A DNA stretch of 24,000 nt from Verrucomicrobiaceae bacterium (GTDB lineage: Bacteria > Verrucomicrobiota > Verrucomicrobiia > Verrucomicrobiales > Akkermansiaceae). Both the position numbers and the translations under genes were made by a program. This document shows, piece by piece, positions 6,406 through 15,908 of this stretch. A model generated the notes under the pieces. It saw only the letters and a program-made list of their open reading frames with translations. It did not search any database and had not been told where the DNA came from. Location of the stretch: NCBI GenBank assembly GCA_027485995.1, contig JAIXPW010000047.1, positions 1-24,000 on the forward strand, written 5' to 3'. The first letter of the stretch is position 1; every line of letters starts with the position of its first letter.

Positions 6406-6906
6406 TTACCAAGCCTGTCTGATCTCGATCGAACTCCAGAGAAGATCATCTCCCGAGAAGCAGAATTTCCCGAGGAACGGAGTCTCCTCCAGCATCAGGG
6501 GCAGCCACAAGCGGTCATCGGCCCACATGCGGTCATAGGGAATCTCATCGAGTCCCACCCACAGCGGAACAGCCTCCTCGGTCTCGGTCGGAGTCCCCGT
6601 GAAGTCATCCGCCCGATAGACATGACAGAGGATGTCAGGAATATCCCCCATGGCGAACCACAGCTCGCCGAGTTTGCGGGGATTCAAGGGAGTGATCTTC
6701 AACTCCTCCTCGGTTTCCCGGATCGCACAGGCCAGCGCGGTTTCGCCGGGATCGATCTTGCCACCAGGGCCGTTAATCTTCCCGGCACCGAGGCCACGCT
6801 TCTTGACGATGAGCAGGACCTGGCCGTCGCGGACAATGAACATCAGCGTCGCGGGCACCACAGGCACCCATGACTCCCAATCCACCGGCGACGGCCCCTG
6901 ACTCAT
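6406..6906 (-). CDS. NUDIX hydrolase (MutT-like nucleoside diphosphate-X pyrophosphatase)
   Basis: Nudix box GGKIDPGETALACAIRETEEELKI (Gx5Ex7REUxEExGU). The ORF-track start at 6909 is TTG; the next codon is ATG at 6906..6904, which shares one base with the gcvP stop (TGATG). Confidence 0.9.
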   Translation of the reverse strand: MSQGPSPVDWESWVPVVPATLMFIVRDGQVLLIVKKRGLGAGKINGPGGKIDPGETALACAIRETEEELKITPLNPRKLGELWFAMGDIPDILCHVYRADDFTGTPTETEEAVPLWVGLDEIPYDRMWADDRLWLPLMLEETPFLGKFCFSGDDLLWSSIEIRQAW

Positions 6907-9740
6907 CAAGCCCCCGCTGCCGCGTAGGCCTCCACGCTGTCACAGGTGCAGACCAGGTTGCGGTCGCCGTGAACGTTGTCGATCCTGCCCACCGATGGCC
7001 AGAACTTGTGTTGGCGCAGTCCTGGCAGCGGATAAGCCGCCTGCTCGCGGGAGTAGCCATGGGACCACTCGTCGGCACAGATCACTTCCGCCGGATGCGG
7101 GGCGTTCTTGAGCGGGTTGTCATGGGCATCGGCCTCGCCGTTGATCACGGCCATGATTTCACCATGGATCGCAATCATTGAGTCGCAGAAGCGGTCGATC
7201 TCGACCTTCGACTCGGACTCAGTTGGCTCGATCATCAGGGTCCCGCCGACCGGCCAGCTCATGGTGGGCGCGTGGAAACCGTAATCCATCAGGCGCTTTG
7301 CCACGTCCTCGACGGTGATGCCACTCTTGTCGCTGAGCGGGCGCACGTCGATGATGCACTCGTGGGCGACGAGACCCAGGTTTCCCGTGTAAAGGATCGG
7401 ATAGAACGGAGCCAGGCGCTTGGCCGCGTAGTTGGCGGTCAGGATGGCGGTGGCTGTCGCATCCTTGAGACCGCCCGCGCCCATCATGGCGATATACATC
7501 CAGGAAATCGTGTTGATCGAAGCGCTGCCCCAAGGCGCAGAGCAGACCGAGCCCTCGGCCCCATTGAGTTCACGATGCCCGGGAAGATAAGGCACGAGCT
7601 GCTTGGCCACGCCGATCGGTCCCACACCAGGACCACCACCGCCGTGAGGGATGCAGAAGGTCTTGTGAAGGTTGAGATGGCAGACGTCCGCGCCAATGAA
7701 TCCAGGGCTGGTGAGGCCGACCTGGGCATTCATGTTGGCTCCGTCCATGTAAACCTGTCCGCCTGCGGCATGGATCTTCTCACAGATCTCGACGATGGTT
7801 TCCTCGAAGACTCCGTGGGTCGAAGGATAGGTCACCATCAGGCAGGAAAGGTTTTCCCGGTGCTCCGCGATGCGGGCCTCAAGGTCGCCAACGTCGATGT
7901 TGCCCTTGTCGTCGCATTTCACGCCAACGACCTTCATGCCGGTCATCACGGCCGAGGCCGGATTGGTGCCGTGGGCGGAAACCGGGATGAGGCAGACATT
8001 GCGATGCGAATCGCCGCGCGCGAGATGATAGCGGCGGATGGCGAGCAGTCCGGCGTACTCGCCTTGTGATCCCGCATTGGGCTGGAGGGAAACGGCTGCG
8101 AAGCCGGTGATGGTGGCAAGCCAATCCTCGAGCAAGGTGAGCATCTCCCGATAGCCCTTGCTTTGGTCGGCCGGGACGAAGGGATGGATCGAGGAAACCT
8201 CGGGCCAGCTCAGCGGCATCATCTCGGCCGTGGCGTTGAGTTTCATCGTGCAGGACCCCAGCGCGATCATCGAGTCGTTGAGAGCGAGGTCCTTCGATTC
8301 GAGGCGCTTCAGGTAGCGGAGCATCTCGGTTTCCGAATGGAAGCGGTTGAACGCGGCCTGGGTCAGGAAGGGAGTGTCGCGGGAAAGCTCGACGGGCCAG
8401 GCAACCGCGGCGACATCCGGCAGGTCCCCTGCTCCACCGAAGGCGGAGATGACAAGAAGGACATCGCCTTCGGAAGTGGTTTCATCGAAGGAAATGCCGA
8501 CATGGTCCGGACCCAGGTTGCGGAGGTTGACTCCGGCACGGAGGGCACGCTCGTGGACCTCCGCAGCCTTTCCTGGAACGATGGCCACGAGGGTGTCGAA
8601 GAATGGCCCGGACTCGGTCTCGATGCCGGCGGTGGCGAGCAGTGACTTGAGCTGTGCTGTGCGGGCGTGGACCGTGTGCGCGATGTGCTTGAGCCCTTCG
8701 GGTCCATGATAGACCGCATACATCGAAGCCATCACCGCCAGCAGGACCTGGGCGGTGCAGATGTTGGAGGTCGCCTTGTCACGACGAATGTGCTGCTCGC
8801 GGGTCTGAAGCGAAAGGCGATAGCCAGGCTTGCCACGTGAATCGATCGAGATGCCGATCAGGCGGCCCGGCATCTTGCGCTTGAGCTCATCGCGACAGGC
8901 CATGAAGGCCGCGTGAGGACCACCGAAGCCCATTGGGACACCAAAGCGCTGGCTCGAACCGATGCAGATGTCTGCGCCGAAACGACCGGGGGCCTTCAGG
9001 ATTGTTAGAGCGAGAAGATCGGCGGCCACGATGGTCACCGCACCAGCGGCATGAGCCTTGTCGAAAAAAGCGGTGAAGTCGTCGATACGTCCACGGGTGT
9101 CCGGATACTGGACGATGACGGCGAAAAGATTGACCGTGGTGGAAGGCTCGAAGGTCGCCCAGTCACCTACGATGACCTCGATGCCCAGCGGCTGGGCGCG
9201 CGTGATGACCACGTCGATCGTCTGCGGGTGGCAGCGGTCCGAGACAAAGATTGCGCGACCCTTCGGCTTCGAGGAAAGCGCAAGACTCATCGCTTCGGCC
9301 GCAGCCGTGCCTTCATCGAGCAGCGAGGCATTCGCCACATCGAGCCCGGTGAGATCAGTGATCATCGTCTGGAAATTCAGCAGGGCCTCCAGACGTCCCT
9401 GGGCAATCTCCGCCTGATAGGGAGTGTAGGCGGTGTACCAGCCGGGGTTTTCCAGGATGTTCCGCTGGATGACCGGTGGAACGAAGGTGCCATGATAGCC
9501 TTGTCCGATGAAGGACTTCATCACGATGTTCTTCGAGAAGATCGACTTGAGCCAGCCGAGCGCTTCCTGCTCCGAACGGGCGGGAGGCAGGTCCATCGGT
9601 TGGTCAAGGCGGATCCCGGCAGGCACAGCGGCGTCGATAAGGGAATCGAGCGAATCAAACCCCACCGTGCGGAGCATTTCATCGCGCTCGCCGTTCACGG
9701 GTCCAAGGTGACGGCTCAGGAAATCAATACGGGCAGACAT
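6906..9740 (-). CDS. gcvP: Glycine dehydrogenase (decarboxylating), single-chain P protein of the glycine cleavage system
   Basis: 944-aa ORF with full-length P-protein architecture. PLP-lysine region [19 protein letters not shown]. Conserved [42 protein letters not shown]. Confidence 0.97.
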   Translation of the reverse strand: MSARIDFLSRHLGPVNGERDEMLRTVGFDSLDSLIDAAVPAGIRLDQPMDLPPARSEQEALGWLKSIFSKNIVMKSFIGQGYHGTFVPPVIQRNILENPGWYTAYTPYQAEIAQGRLEALLNFQTMITDLTGLDVANASLLDEGTAAAEAMSLALSSKPKGRAIFVSDRCHPQTIDVVITRAQPLGIEVIVGDWATFEPSTTVNLFAVIVQYPDTRGRIDDFTAFFDKAHAAGAVTIVAADLLALTILKAPGRFGADICIGSSQRFGVPMGFGGPHAAFMACRDELKRKMPGRLIGISIDSRGKPGYRLSLQTREQHIRRDKATSNICTAQVLLAVMASMYAVYHGPEGLKHIAHTVHARTAQLKSLLATAGIETESGPFFDTLVAIVPGKAAEVHERALRAGVNLRNLGPDHVGISFDETTSEGDVLLVISAFGGAGDLPDVAAVAWPVELSRDTPFLTQAAFNRFHSETEMLRYLKRLESKDLALNDSMIALGSCTMKLNATAEMMPLSWPEVSSIHPFVPADQSKGYREMLTLLEDWLATITGFAAVSLQPNAGSQGEYAGLLAIRRYHLARGDSHRNVCLIPVSAHGTNPASAVMTGMKVVGVKCDDKGNIDVGDLEARIAEHRENLSCLMVTYPSTHGVFEETIVEICEKIHAAGGQVYMDGANMNAQVGLTSPGFIGADVCHLNLHKTFCIPHGGGGPGVGPIGVAKQLVPYLPGHRELNGAEGSVCSAPWGSASINTISWMYIAMMGAGGLKDATATAILTANYAAKRLAPFYPILYTGNLGLVAHECIIDVRPLSDKSGITVEDVAKRLMDYGFHAPTMSWPVGGTLMIEPTESESKVEIDRFCDSMIAIHGEIMAVINGEADAHDNPLKNAPHPAEVICADEWSHGYSREQAAYPLPGLRQHKFWPSVGRIDNVHGDRNLVCTCDSVEAYAAAGA

Positions 9741-9764
9741 GTCAAAAGAGGATGATTAAAGGGA

Positions 9765-9791
9765 GAAGGCGCACTGGTCGAGCGCGCCTTC
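9765..9791 (-). promoter_or_regulatory. GC-rich intercistronic stem-loop between gcvH and gcvP
   Basis: Perfect 8-bp arms GAAGGCGC (9765-9772) / GCGCCTTC (9784-9791) with an 11-nt loop, in the 82-nt gcvH-gcvP spacer. On the transcribed strand it is followed by TCTCCCTTT, not a clean U-run, so it is more likely a processing/stability or attenuating element than a full terminator. Confidence 0.4.
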
Positions 9792-9822
9792 ATGGATGAT
9801 CAGGAATCGAATGAGGCAAGGG

Positions 9823-10200
9823 TCAACCGATCTGGGCCGAGTAAGCCGCCGCATCAAGCAGGGCTTCCACGTCTGCCGCGTTCTTCACGCGGAGCTTGAA
9901 GATCCAACCGCGGCCATAGGGATCGGTGTTGACGAGGGCCGGATCGGCTTCGACGTCGAGATTGACCTCGACCACCTCGCCACCGATCGGTGCGTAGATG
10001 TCGCTGGCGGCCTTCACGGACTCAACCACGGCGGTCGGATCACCTGCATCGACCGCGCGGCCCACGAGCGGCAGTTCGACGAACACCACGTCGGTGAGTT
10101 CTTCCTGGGCGTGATCGGAAATGCCCACGGTGGCAATGTCGCCTTCGAGGCGGACCCACTCATGGGAGGAATTGTAACGGAGGTCGGATGGAACATTCAT
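9823..10200 (-). CDS. gcvH: Glycine cleavage system H protein (lipoyl carrier)
   Basis: 125 aa. Lipoyl-lysine motif [19 protein letters not shown]-terminal [24 protein letters not shown] is typical of GcvH. Confidence 0.95.
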   Translation of the reverse strand: MNVPSDLRYNSSHEWVRLEGDIATVGISDHAQEELTDVVFVELPLVGRAVDAGDPTAVVESVKAASDIYAPIGGEVVEVNLDVEADPALVNTDPYGRGWIFKLRVKNAADVEALLDAAAYSAQIG

Positions 10201-10226
10201 GGTCGAAGTAACGGAACGCGCCGATG

Positions 10227-11312
10227 TCAGGCTTTTGCCGCGGGCTTGTAAAACGGTTTCTTCACGACTTTCGCCGGGTTGAGCCGGCCCCGGACGTCGA
10301 TGCGCACTTCAGTGCCGAGTTTCGTCCAAGCGATCGGGAGATAGGCAAGTCCGATGCCGATGCCGAGGCTCGGGGAAAGGACTCCGCTGGAGAGCTCACC
10401 CAACACCTCACCCTCGGGCGAAAGCACCGGATAATGGGCGCGCGGCGGCGCTCCCTTGTCGGTGTAGGCGAGCGCCACAAGGCGAACCTCGGTGCCTTCG
10501 GCCTTCTGCTTCGCGAGGGTTTCACGGCCCACGAAGTCGCCCTTTTCCAGGTCCACGAAAAACCCGAGTCCAGCCTCGATCGGCGTGCGGGTGGGAGAAA
10601 GGTCATTGCCGTTGAGGGGATAGCACATCTCAAGACGAAGGCTGTCGCGCGAGCCGAGGCCACAGGGCTTGGCACCGTGCTGGACAAAGCGCTTCAACCA
10701 ATCGCCACCATCGGCAGCAGGTGAGAAAAACTCAAAGCCATCCTCGCCGGTGTAGCCGGTCCGGCAGACCACGCAGCCGGACGAGGTGAAGGCGATGCCG
10801 TTGCGTGGAGGCAGAGGTTCACCGGGGCACGCAGCCGCATAGACCGCCGGAGAATCAGGTCCCTGGATCGCCATGCCGACCCAAGCATCGCTTTCGTTGC
10901 GGAGTTCGACTCCGGCGTCGAGATGCTTCGACATCCACGCGAAGTCCTCGTCGATCATCGAGGCATTCACCACGAGGAAAAAGTCAGCCTCTCCCGTTCG
11001 ATACGCGATCAGGTCGTCGATCACTCCTCCGTTCTCATTGAGAAGAAAGGTGTATTGTCCCTCGCCGATTCCGAGCTTGGCCACGTTGTTGGCGAGCGTC
11101 CGGTTAAGCCACTCCAGAGAGCCCGGACCACTGACCAGGAACTGGCCCATGTGGGAGATATCGAAAATGCCCGCGGCTCCGCGGACGGCCGCGTGCTCAT
11201 CGAGAATCGACGTGTATTGCACCGGCATGTACCAGCCGGCAAAGGGGACCAAACGCGCACCCAGCTCAACATGGGCGGCTTCCAACGGACTACGCTTCAA
11301 CAAATCAGACAC
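10227..11312 (-). CDS. gcvT: Aminomethyltransferase, T protein of the glycine cleavage system
   Basis: 361 aa. [33 protein letters not shown] and YTGEDGFE motifs are typical of GcvT. GTG start at 11312; no alternative start before the in-frame stop at 11358-11360. Confidence 0.95.
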   Translation of the reverse strand: MSDLLKRSPLEAAHVELGARLVPFAGWYMPVQYTSILDEHAAVRGAAGIFDISHMGQFLVSGPGSLEWLNRTLANNVAKLGIGEGQYTFLLNENGGVIDDLIAYRTGEADFFLVVNASMIDEDFAWMSKHLDAGVELRNESDAWVGMAIQGPDSPAVYAAACPGEPLPPRNGIAFTSSGCVVCRTGYTGEDGFEFFSPAADGGDWLKRFVQHGAKPCGLGSRDSLRLEMCYPLNGNDLSPTRTPIEAGLGFFVDLEKGDFVGRETLAKQKAEGTEVRLVALAYTDKGAPPRAHYPVLSPEGEVLGELSSGVLSPSLGIGIGLAYLPIAWTKLGTEVRIDVRGRLNPAKVVKKPFYKPAAKA

Positions 11313-11376
11313 GGCCCGAAGGTGGGTGGAGAGGCCTGTCTTGTCAATCGGACGAAATCATTGAAACTGTCGCCAC

Positions 11377-12162
11377 ATGGCACTTCTTGACAAGATCGAG
11401 AGAAGATTCAGCTGGCTGGCATTCCCCGGATTACTGAGGAATCTCACCATCCTGTGTCTCGTGGTTTATGGCATCGCATGGACGAAGCCGGATTTCGGGC
11501 AACTCATCGACTTTGATCGAGCGAAGATCCTCAACGGCCAATGGTGGCGATTGATCACCTTTCCGTTTGCCCCCTATGGAGCGGGGCAACCTTCGCTGAT
11601 ATCCATCATCTTCATCGCCTGCATGGTGAGGTTCAGCATGACCATCAGCGACACGCTCGAACAGGCGTGGGGAGAAGTCAGGACCACCCTTTTCATCCTC
11701 GTCGCCATTCTGGGCCAACTTGCGGCAGGATTCATCGCCCCCGATTCCATGCCATTTTCCGGGGCCTACATCTTCGGGACCGCGTTCCTGGCATTTGCAA
11801 GGTTCTGCCCGAATTATCCCTTGCTCTTCATGTTGATCATCCCAGTCCCTTGCAAGTACTTCGCCTACCTCCAATGTGCGCTCCTCGGGCTGATCTCGAT
11901 CCTGTCCCCCTCCCTCATTCCCTTCATCCTCCTCTGCCACCTGAACCTCCTCATCTGGATCGTTCCGGGGCTGCGACGCGAAACCAAGCTCCACCGGAAG
12001 TCGATCTCCAACCGCAGGAGTTTCCATGCGAAACTCAGGCCCACTGCCGAGGCATTTCACACCTGTGCGGTCTGTGGAAAGACCGAACACGACGGAGCCC
12101 ATCTGGAGTTCCGCGTCGGCACGGATGGAGAGGAATACTGCGCCGATCATCTCCCCGAATGA
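11377..12162 (+). CDS. Polytopic membrane protein, rhomboid-like, with a C-terminal CxxC...C..H zinc-ribbon tail
   Basis: 261 aa with ~6 hydrophobic segments. GQWWRLITFPF resembles the rhomboid WRxxT motif. FSGAYIFG is a possible GxSG-like serine segment, and LLCHLNLL carries a later TM histidine. The tail is HTCAVCGKTEHDGAHLEFRVGTDGEEYCADH. The antisense 281-aa ORF is D/E/G/R-rich junk. Confidence 0.75.
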   Translation: MALLDKIERRFSWLAFPGLLRNLTILCLVVYGIAWTKPDFGQLIDFDRAKILNGQWWRLITFPFAPYGAGQPSLISIIFIACMVRFSMTISDTLEQAWGEVRTTLFILVAILGQLAAGFIAPDSMPFSGAYIFGTAFLAFARFCPNYPLLFMLIIPVPCKYFAYLQCALLGLISILSPSLIPFILLCHLNLLIWIVPGLRRETKLHRKSISNRRSFHAKLRPTAEAFHTCAVCGKTEHDGAHLEFRVGTDGEEYCADHLPE

Positions 12163-12195
12163 AAAACGGCGGAAGGTTTCCCCTCCGCCGTCTTG
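12162..12195. terminator. Shared hairpin terminator between convergent rhomboid-like gene and yidC (better formed for yidC)
   Basis: ACGGCGGA (12166-12173) / TCCGCCGT (12184-12191) with a 10-nt loop. The minus-strand transcript has TTTTT right after the hairpin (complement of AAAAA 12162-12166). The plus strand has only CTTG AAAA. Confidence 0.6.
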
Positions 12196-12208
12196 AAAAT
12201 GATCAGGA

Positions 12209-14059
12209 TCAGCCCCCGGTGCGTGGCGGACGCTTCTTTTTCGATTCAGTGACATCGATGACCGGGCCCTTGCCATCGGCCTGCATGCGTTTCATGCGCT
12301 CCATTTCCTGCTGCTTTTCCGCCATGCGTTCCATGAACGACTTCTTGCCGGAGACCAGCTTCCGCTCCTTGAGTTCCGGTTCCGGCATCTTGTTGGTGAG
12401 CCAGGTCTGGACGATCGAGAAGATGTTCGTCGTGGTCCAATACAGCGCGAGGGCCGAGGCGAAGCTGTAGCAGAAGAAGAAGAACATGAACGGCATGAAC
12501 ATCATGATTCCCTGCTGGGTCTTGTCGCCGGTCTTGGGCGTCATCGCCATCTGGATGAAGCTGGTGATGGCCATGACAATCGGAAGGACGTTGATGGGGA
12601 TTCCAGCAAGGGTGGTAAGGGTGTCCGGCTGCGAAAGGTCATCCACCCAGAGGAATCCCTGATGGCGAAGCTCCACCGCGTATTGAAGCATGCGGTAGAA
12701 GCCGAAGAAGATCGGGAGCTGGATGAGCATCGGCAGACAGCCGCCGATGGGATTCACGCCGTAGGTTTTATACAGCTTCATCATCTCCTGGTTCATCCGG
12801 TTTGGATCGTCGCCGTATTTTTCCTTCAACTTCGTCATCTCCGGCTGGAGCTTGCTCATCCGCTTCATCGAGCGGGTGGACTTCGCGTAGAGCGGCCAGA
12901 TCGCAGTGCGGACGGTGATCGTGAGGAAGATGATCGCGAGGCCCCAGGCCCATTGATTGCCAAGTCCGCTGAAGGCCTTGTGGAGCCAGTTGAGCAGCCA
13001 GTTGAGCGGTCCGGCAGCGAGGCTGAAGTAGCCGTAGTTCATCACCTCGCTCCAGTGGTTGCCCATGCCTGACAGCAGGGTGTTGTCGCAGGGCCCCATG
13101 AAGATCTGGTAGGTGAACGCCTTTGACTCCTTGCTGGCGAGGGCGAGGGCAGGAAGGCCGAAACCGGCGCTGACCGACTTCACCGGGGCCGCGCCAGGGG
13201 TGATCGAGACATCCCCCGGTTTGGCCCAAAGTTTCCCGGCCTGGGGTTCCTGCGGCCGGATGACGGTGGCGAAGAACTGGTTGGCGACCCCCCCGAACTC
13301 GAGCTTCTCGGAGTCGTTCGTGATGATGGATTTGTCGGCGCCGAACCATCCGCCCTTGAACTTGCCCACATCGTTGAAATGCATGCTGCCCGAATCCCGG
13401 TAGAGGTAGGTCGTCTGCTGGGCCCACTCCTTCTGGTAAAGCGGAGAGGCCTCCCCGAGATAGAGGCTGTAGGCATCGAGGGAAACCGGACCTGCGGCGG
13501 CGTTTTCCAGCTCAAGCGAGAAATCGAGAAGATAAGGCGAGCCGGTCTTGCCATCTTCAATGATCGAAAAGGTCTTGCGGGCGACGAGTCCGGAAGGATG
13601 GGTGCCAACGAAGACCGCCTTTTTCCCGGGAATGGATTTGGCCTCGAGATACGAGTAGGAGATGTTCTCCAGCGTCTGTCCGCCGCCAGCGATGGCACCG
13701 ATCGGACCATTTCCAAAGCGGTTCATCCGGACCCGCTTGTCCTTGCTGCCGACCTCGAACTGGCTCTTGACCTCAGCCTCCTTGATGCCACCGCCAAGGG
13801 TGCTGAGGGTGAAGACCATTTCCTTGGTCTCCAGGGTGATGAGCTTTTCGTCGACTGGAGCAGCGGGTGTCTCACTGCCCAGAACGCCTCCCTCTTTGGA
13901 GGCTCCTGGGGCACCGGGCGTGGCGGGAGCCGTCGGGGTCTCTGGGGGCTTGGGCGCATTGGCGGCAGCTTCCTGCCTGGCCTTTGTCGAGTAGTGGATG
14001 TTGGCCGCCAGCAGCATGCTGCAGGCGATCACGATGAACCAGGTCTTGCGGTCGTACAT
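12209..14059 (-). CDS. yidC: Membrane protein insertase YidC
   Basis: 616 aa. N-terminal TM, Pro/Ala-rich linker, large periplasmic domain, and a C-terminal Oxa1-type core with GCLPMLIQLPIFFGFY and the basic tail KKKRPPRTGG. Confidence 0.95.
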   Translation of the reverse strand: MYDRKTWFIVIACSMLLAANIHYSTKARQEAAANAPKPPETPTAPATPGAPGASKEGGVLGSETPAAPVDEKLITLETKEMVFTLSTLGGGIKEAEVKSQFEVGSKDKRVRMNRFGNGPIGAIAGGGQTLENISYSYLEAKSIPGKKAVFVGTHPSGLVARKTFSIIEDGKTGSPYLLDFSLELENAAAGPVSLDAYSLYLGEASPLYQKEWAQQTTYLYRDSGSMHFNDVGKFKGGWFGADKSIITNDSEKLEFGGVANQFFATVIRPQEPQAGKLWAKPGDVSITPGAAPVKSVSAGFGLPALALASKESKAFTYQIFMGPCDNTLLSGMGNHWSEVMNYGYFSLAAGPLNWLLNWLHKAFSGLGNQWAWGLAIIFLTITVRTAIWPLYAKSTRSMKRMSKLQPEMTKLKEKYGDDPNRMNQEMMKLYKTYGVNPIGGCLPMLIQLPIFFGFYRMLQYAVELRHQGFLWVDDLSQPDTLTTLAGIPINVLPIVMAITSFIQMAMTPKTGDKTQQGIMMFMPFMFFFFCYSFASALALYWTTTNIFSIVQTWLTNKMPEPELKERKLVSGKKSFMERMAEKQQEMERMKRMQADGKGPVIDVTESKKKRPPRTGG

Positions 14060-14085
14060 GGAGAAAATGGATTGGGCTGGGTGCC

Positions 14086-14334
14086 TCAGCGGGGTTGGTC
14101 GCCATGGGAGCAGGAATTCCTGCGCGGCGGGACGGGGTCATAACCGGAGCCCCCCCATGGATGACAGCGGAAAATCCGGCAGATTCCGAGCCAGCTGCCG
14201 CGCCAGGGTCCGTGAGCCTCGATGGCTTGAAGAAAGTAGTGCGAGCAGGTCGGGGCATAACGGCACCCGGCACCAGGTCCGGCGAGGGCTTTGAGCACCG
14301 GATTGAGAAAGCGCTGGTAAAACCGGACGATCAT
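14086..14334 (-). CDS. yidD: Membrane protein insertion efficiency factor YidD
   Basis: [10 protein letters not shown]...[46 protein letters not shown] is the YidD signature. ATG at 14334 is preferred. The ORF-track start at 14367 is a GTG overlapping rnpA by 8 nt and is an alternative. Confidence 0.88.
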   Translation of the reverse strand: MIVRFYQRFLNPVLKALAGPGAGCRYAPTCSHYFLQAIEAHGPWRGSWLGICRIFRCHPWGGSGYDPVPPRRNSCSHGDQPR

Positions 14335-14359
14335 CCGGAGCACCCAGGTGACGGAACGA

Positions 14360-14731
14360 TCAAGCACTTGGAGGTCGGGGTGTGGAACCCAGAAGACCGA
14401 GACGCCGGGCCTGCTTCAACCAGTCAGACTCAAGTTCGGCAAAGGAGGCTGTGGCCGCCCCCTGCCGGGCGATGGTCACCAGGTAGCGCTGGAGATCATC
14501 GAAATTCGACGCGTGCTCCCGAACCAAGGCGCGGAAGATGCGGCGCAGTCTGACGCGGTCATGGGCTTTGCCGGACTTCTTCGTGGTGATGAAGCCGGTC
14601 CGGATTCCATCGAGTGAGGAATCCGCAAGCGTGCTTAAAACAACAAACCGGCCGGCTTTCGCCTGACCGGTGGTCCTGACCCTCGCGAACTCGTCGCGAT
14701 GGGTCATGCTGTGCTTGCGCGGAAGACGCAT
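14360..14731 (-). CDS. rnpA: Ribonuclease P protein component
   Basis: 123 aa. [39 protein letters not shown] (RNR-like basic motif). Canonical position between rpmH and yidD. Alternative ATG at 14707. Confidence 0.9.
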   Translation of the reverse strand: MRLPRKHSMTHRDEFARVRTTGQAKAGRFVVLSTLADSSLDGIRTGFITTKKSGKAHDRVRLRRIFRALVREHASNFDDLQRYLVTIARQGAATASFAELESDWLKQARRLGLLGSTPRPPSA

Positions 14732-14779
14732 GGCTGGTTCACGGGGAAGCCCAGATCCGGCCCGCGACTCGGCTCCGGA

Positions 14780-14965
14780 TCAGGAGCCGTGCTGCGTGGT
14801 GTGGCGCTTGTAGGGAATCTCAACGCCCTTCGGAAGAAGGCGCTTGCGGCCCTTGGCGCGGCGACGCTTGATGATGTCGCGTCCACCTTTGGTGGCCATG
14901 CGGGCACGGAATCCGTGCTGACGGCGGCGGGTACGCTTGGAAGGCTGATAGGTGCGGAAGCTCAT
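14780..14965 (-). CDS. rpmH: 50S ribosomal protein L34 (with C-terminal extension)
   Basis: [43 protein letters not shown] matches the L34 consensus. 18 residues ([18 protein letters not shown]) follow that block before the stop, versus 4 in E. coli L34. Confidence 0.95.
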   Translation of the reverse strand: MSFRTYQPSKRTRRRQHGFRARMATKGGRDIIKRRRAKGRKRLLPKGVEIPYKRHTTQHGS

Positions 14966-15022
14966 GACTGGGTCGCAGGTTGGCGCTAAAGGTGATCCAC
15001 TCCGATTCCGGGGCGGGCGCGC

Positions 15023-15050
15023 ACTCTAGGAACCCGCGAGCACTTGTCAA
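15023..15050 (-). promoter_or_regulatory. Sigma-70-type promoter for rpmH (TTGACA-16 nt-TAGAGT)
   Basis: On the minus strand: perfect -35 TTGACA (plus-strand tgtcaa, 15045-15050), a 16-nt spacer, and -10 TAGAGT (plus-strand actcta, 15023-15028). This predicts a ~50-nt leader to the ATG at 14965. Confidence 0.5.
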
Positions 15051-15140
15051 CCCGGCAAATGTTCGGAAATGCGAATTTTTTTCAGCTGCCGGTTGGAAAT
15101 TACACGTGCCCGTCCCTCAGGACTATGACAGTCTTCCGAC

Positions 15141-15638
15141 ATGGACCCAGTCGTGCAAGCCCTGCCTTCACGGAGCAGCAGCTCCGACCCGATGCGCGTC
15201 GAGCCTGCAACTCTGGAGGATCTTCCCGCCCTGACCGAGCTGGTGATGGACCTTTTCGCCAAGTCGGGCGACTTCAGTCCGAACCGTTCGACCCAGGAAC
15301 GGGGCCTGAGCCTGATCCTCGAGCAGCCAAGCCGCGGCCGGATCTTCGTTCTTCGCAATGACCACCGCATCATCGGCATGGTCAACCTGCTTTTCACCAT
15401 CTCCACTGCGCGGGGCGGCTTTGTGATCCTGATGGAGGATGTCATCGTCCATCCCGATCACCGAGGCCTGGGATACGGCACGAAATTGATCGAGTATGTC
15501 GTCGAGTTCGCCCGCCAGAAGGACTTCAAGCGGATCACCCTGCTGACCGACAAGATCAGTGCAGAGTCCCAGAACTTCTTTACGAAGCATCACTTCGAAT
15601 ACTCCAGCATGATCCCGATGCGGATCAACCTCGACTGA
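15141..15638 (+). CDS. GNAT family N-acetyltransferase
   Basis: Acetyl-CoA-binding motif A VHPDHRGLGYGTKLIEYVVEFARQ, with overall GNAT length and pattern. The start may instead be the ATG at 15192 (MRVEPATLEDL...). Confidence 0.9.
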   Translation: MDPVVQALPSRSSSSDPMRVEPATLEDLPALTELVMDLFAKSGDFSPNRSTQERGLSLILEQPSRGRIFVLRNDHRIIGMVNLLFTISTARGGFVILMEDVIVHPDHRGLGYGTKLIEYVVEFARQKDFKRITLLTDKISAESQNFFTKHHFEYSSMIPMRINLD

Positions 15639-15645
15639 ATCCGCC

Positions 15646-15906
15646 ATGGGCTGGGAGCATGTCACGGCTTCAGATGTCTTCGCCTTCGCCATGATAGCGG
15701 TCATCGGGGCCAGCTTCGGCGTGATCCTGGTGCTGTTCATTTCGATGAAGAGACATGCCGGTCGGCGCGATGACCAGGTCGATGAGCTCCTGCGCGAGAT
15801 TCATCTGGAGGAGAAGGAACTGGCACGCCCAGTGCCGAAGGCGGAGACGATTGTCCAGCCCTGGGAAAGACAGGCCGATTGGTGGAAGGACGACGAGCCA
15901 AGCTGA
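15646..15906 (+). CDS. Small single-pass membrane protein, hypothetical
   Basis: 86 aa. The ATG lies 7 nt after the GNAT stop. One TM segment (VFAFAMIAVIGASFGVILVLFISM), then a charged tail. GC-rich third positions support coding. Confidence 0.65.
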   Translation: MGWEHVTASDVFAFAMIAVIGASFGVILVLFISMKRHAGRRDDQVDELLREIHLEEKELARPVPKAETIVQPWERQADWWKDDEPS

Positions 15907-15908
15907 AC

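Noticed and set aside
11313-11376. Glycine riboswitch upstream of gcvT
   Set aside because: Only 64 nt are available before the divergent gene. GGAGAG and CCGAAGG-like words occur, but on the wrong strand and without the paired-helix context.
14966-15140. Replication origin next to rpmH
   Set aside because: The only DnaA-box-like word is one imperfect match (TGATCCACT at 14993-15001, 7/9 to TTATCCACA). There is no box cluster, no AT-rich unwinding element and no dnaA gene nearby.
15141-15906. GNAT toxin-antitoxin pair (GNAT plus small downstream ORF)
   Set aside because: Known GNAT toxin systems have an upstream RHH/DUF1778 antitoxin. Here the small partner is downstream and is a membrane protein, and nothing suggests tRNA-acetylating toxin features.
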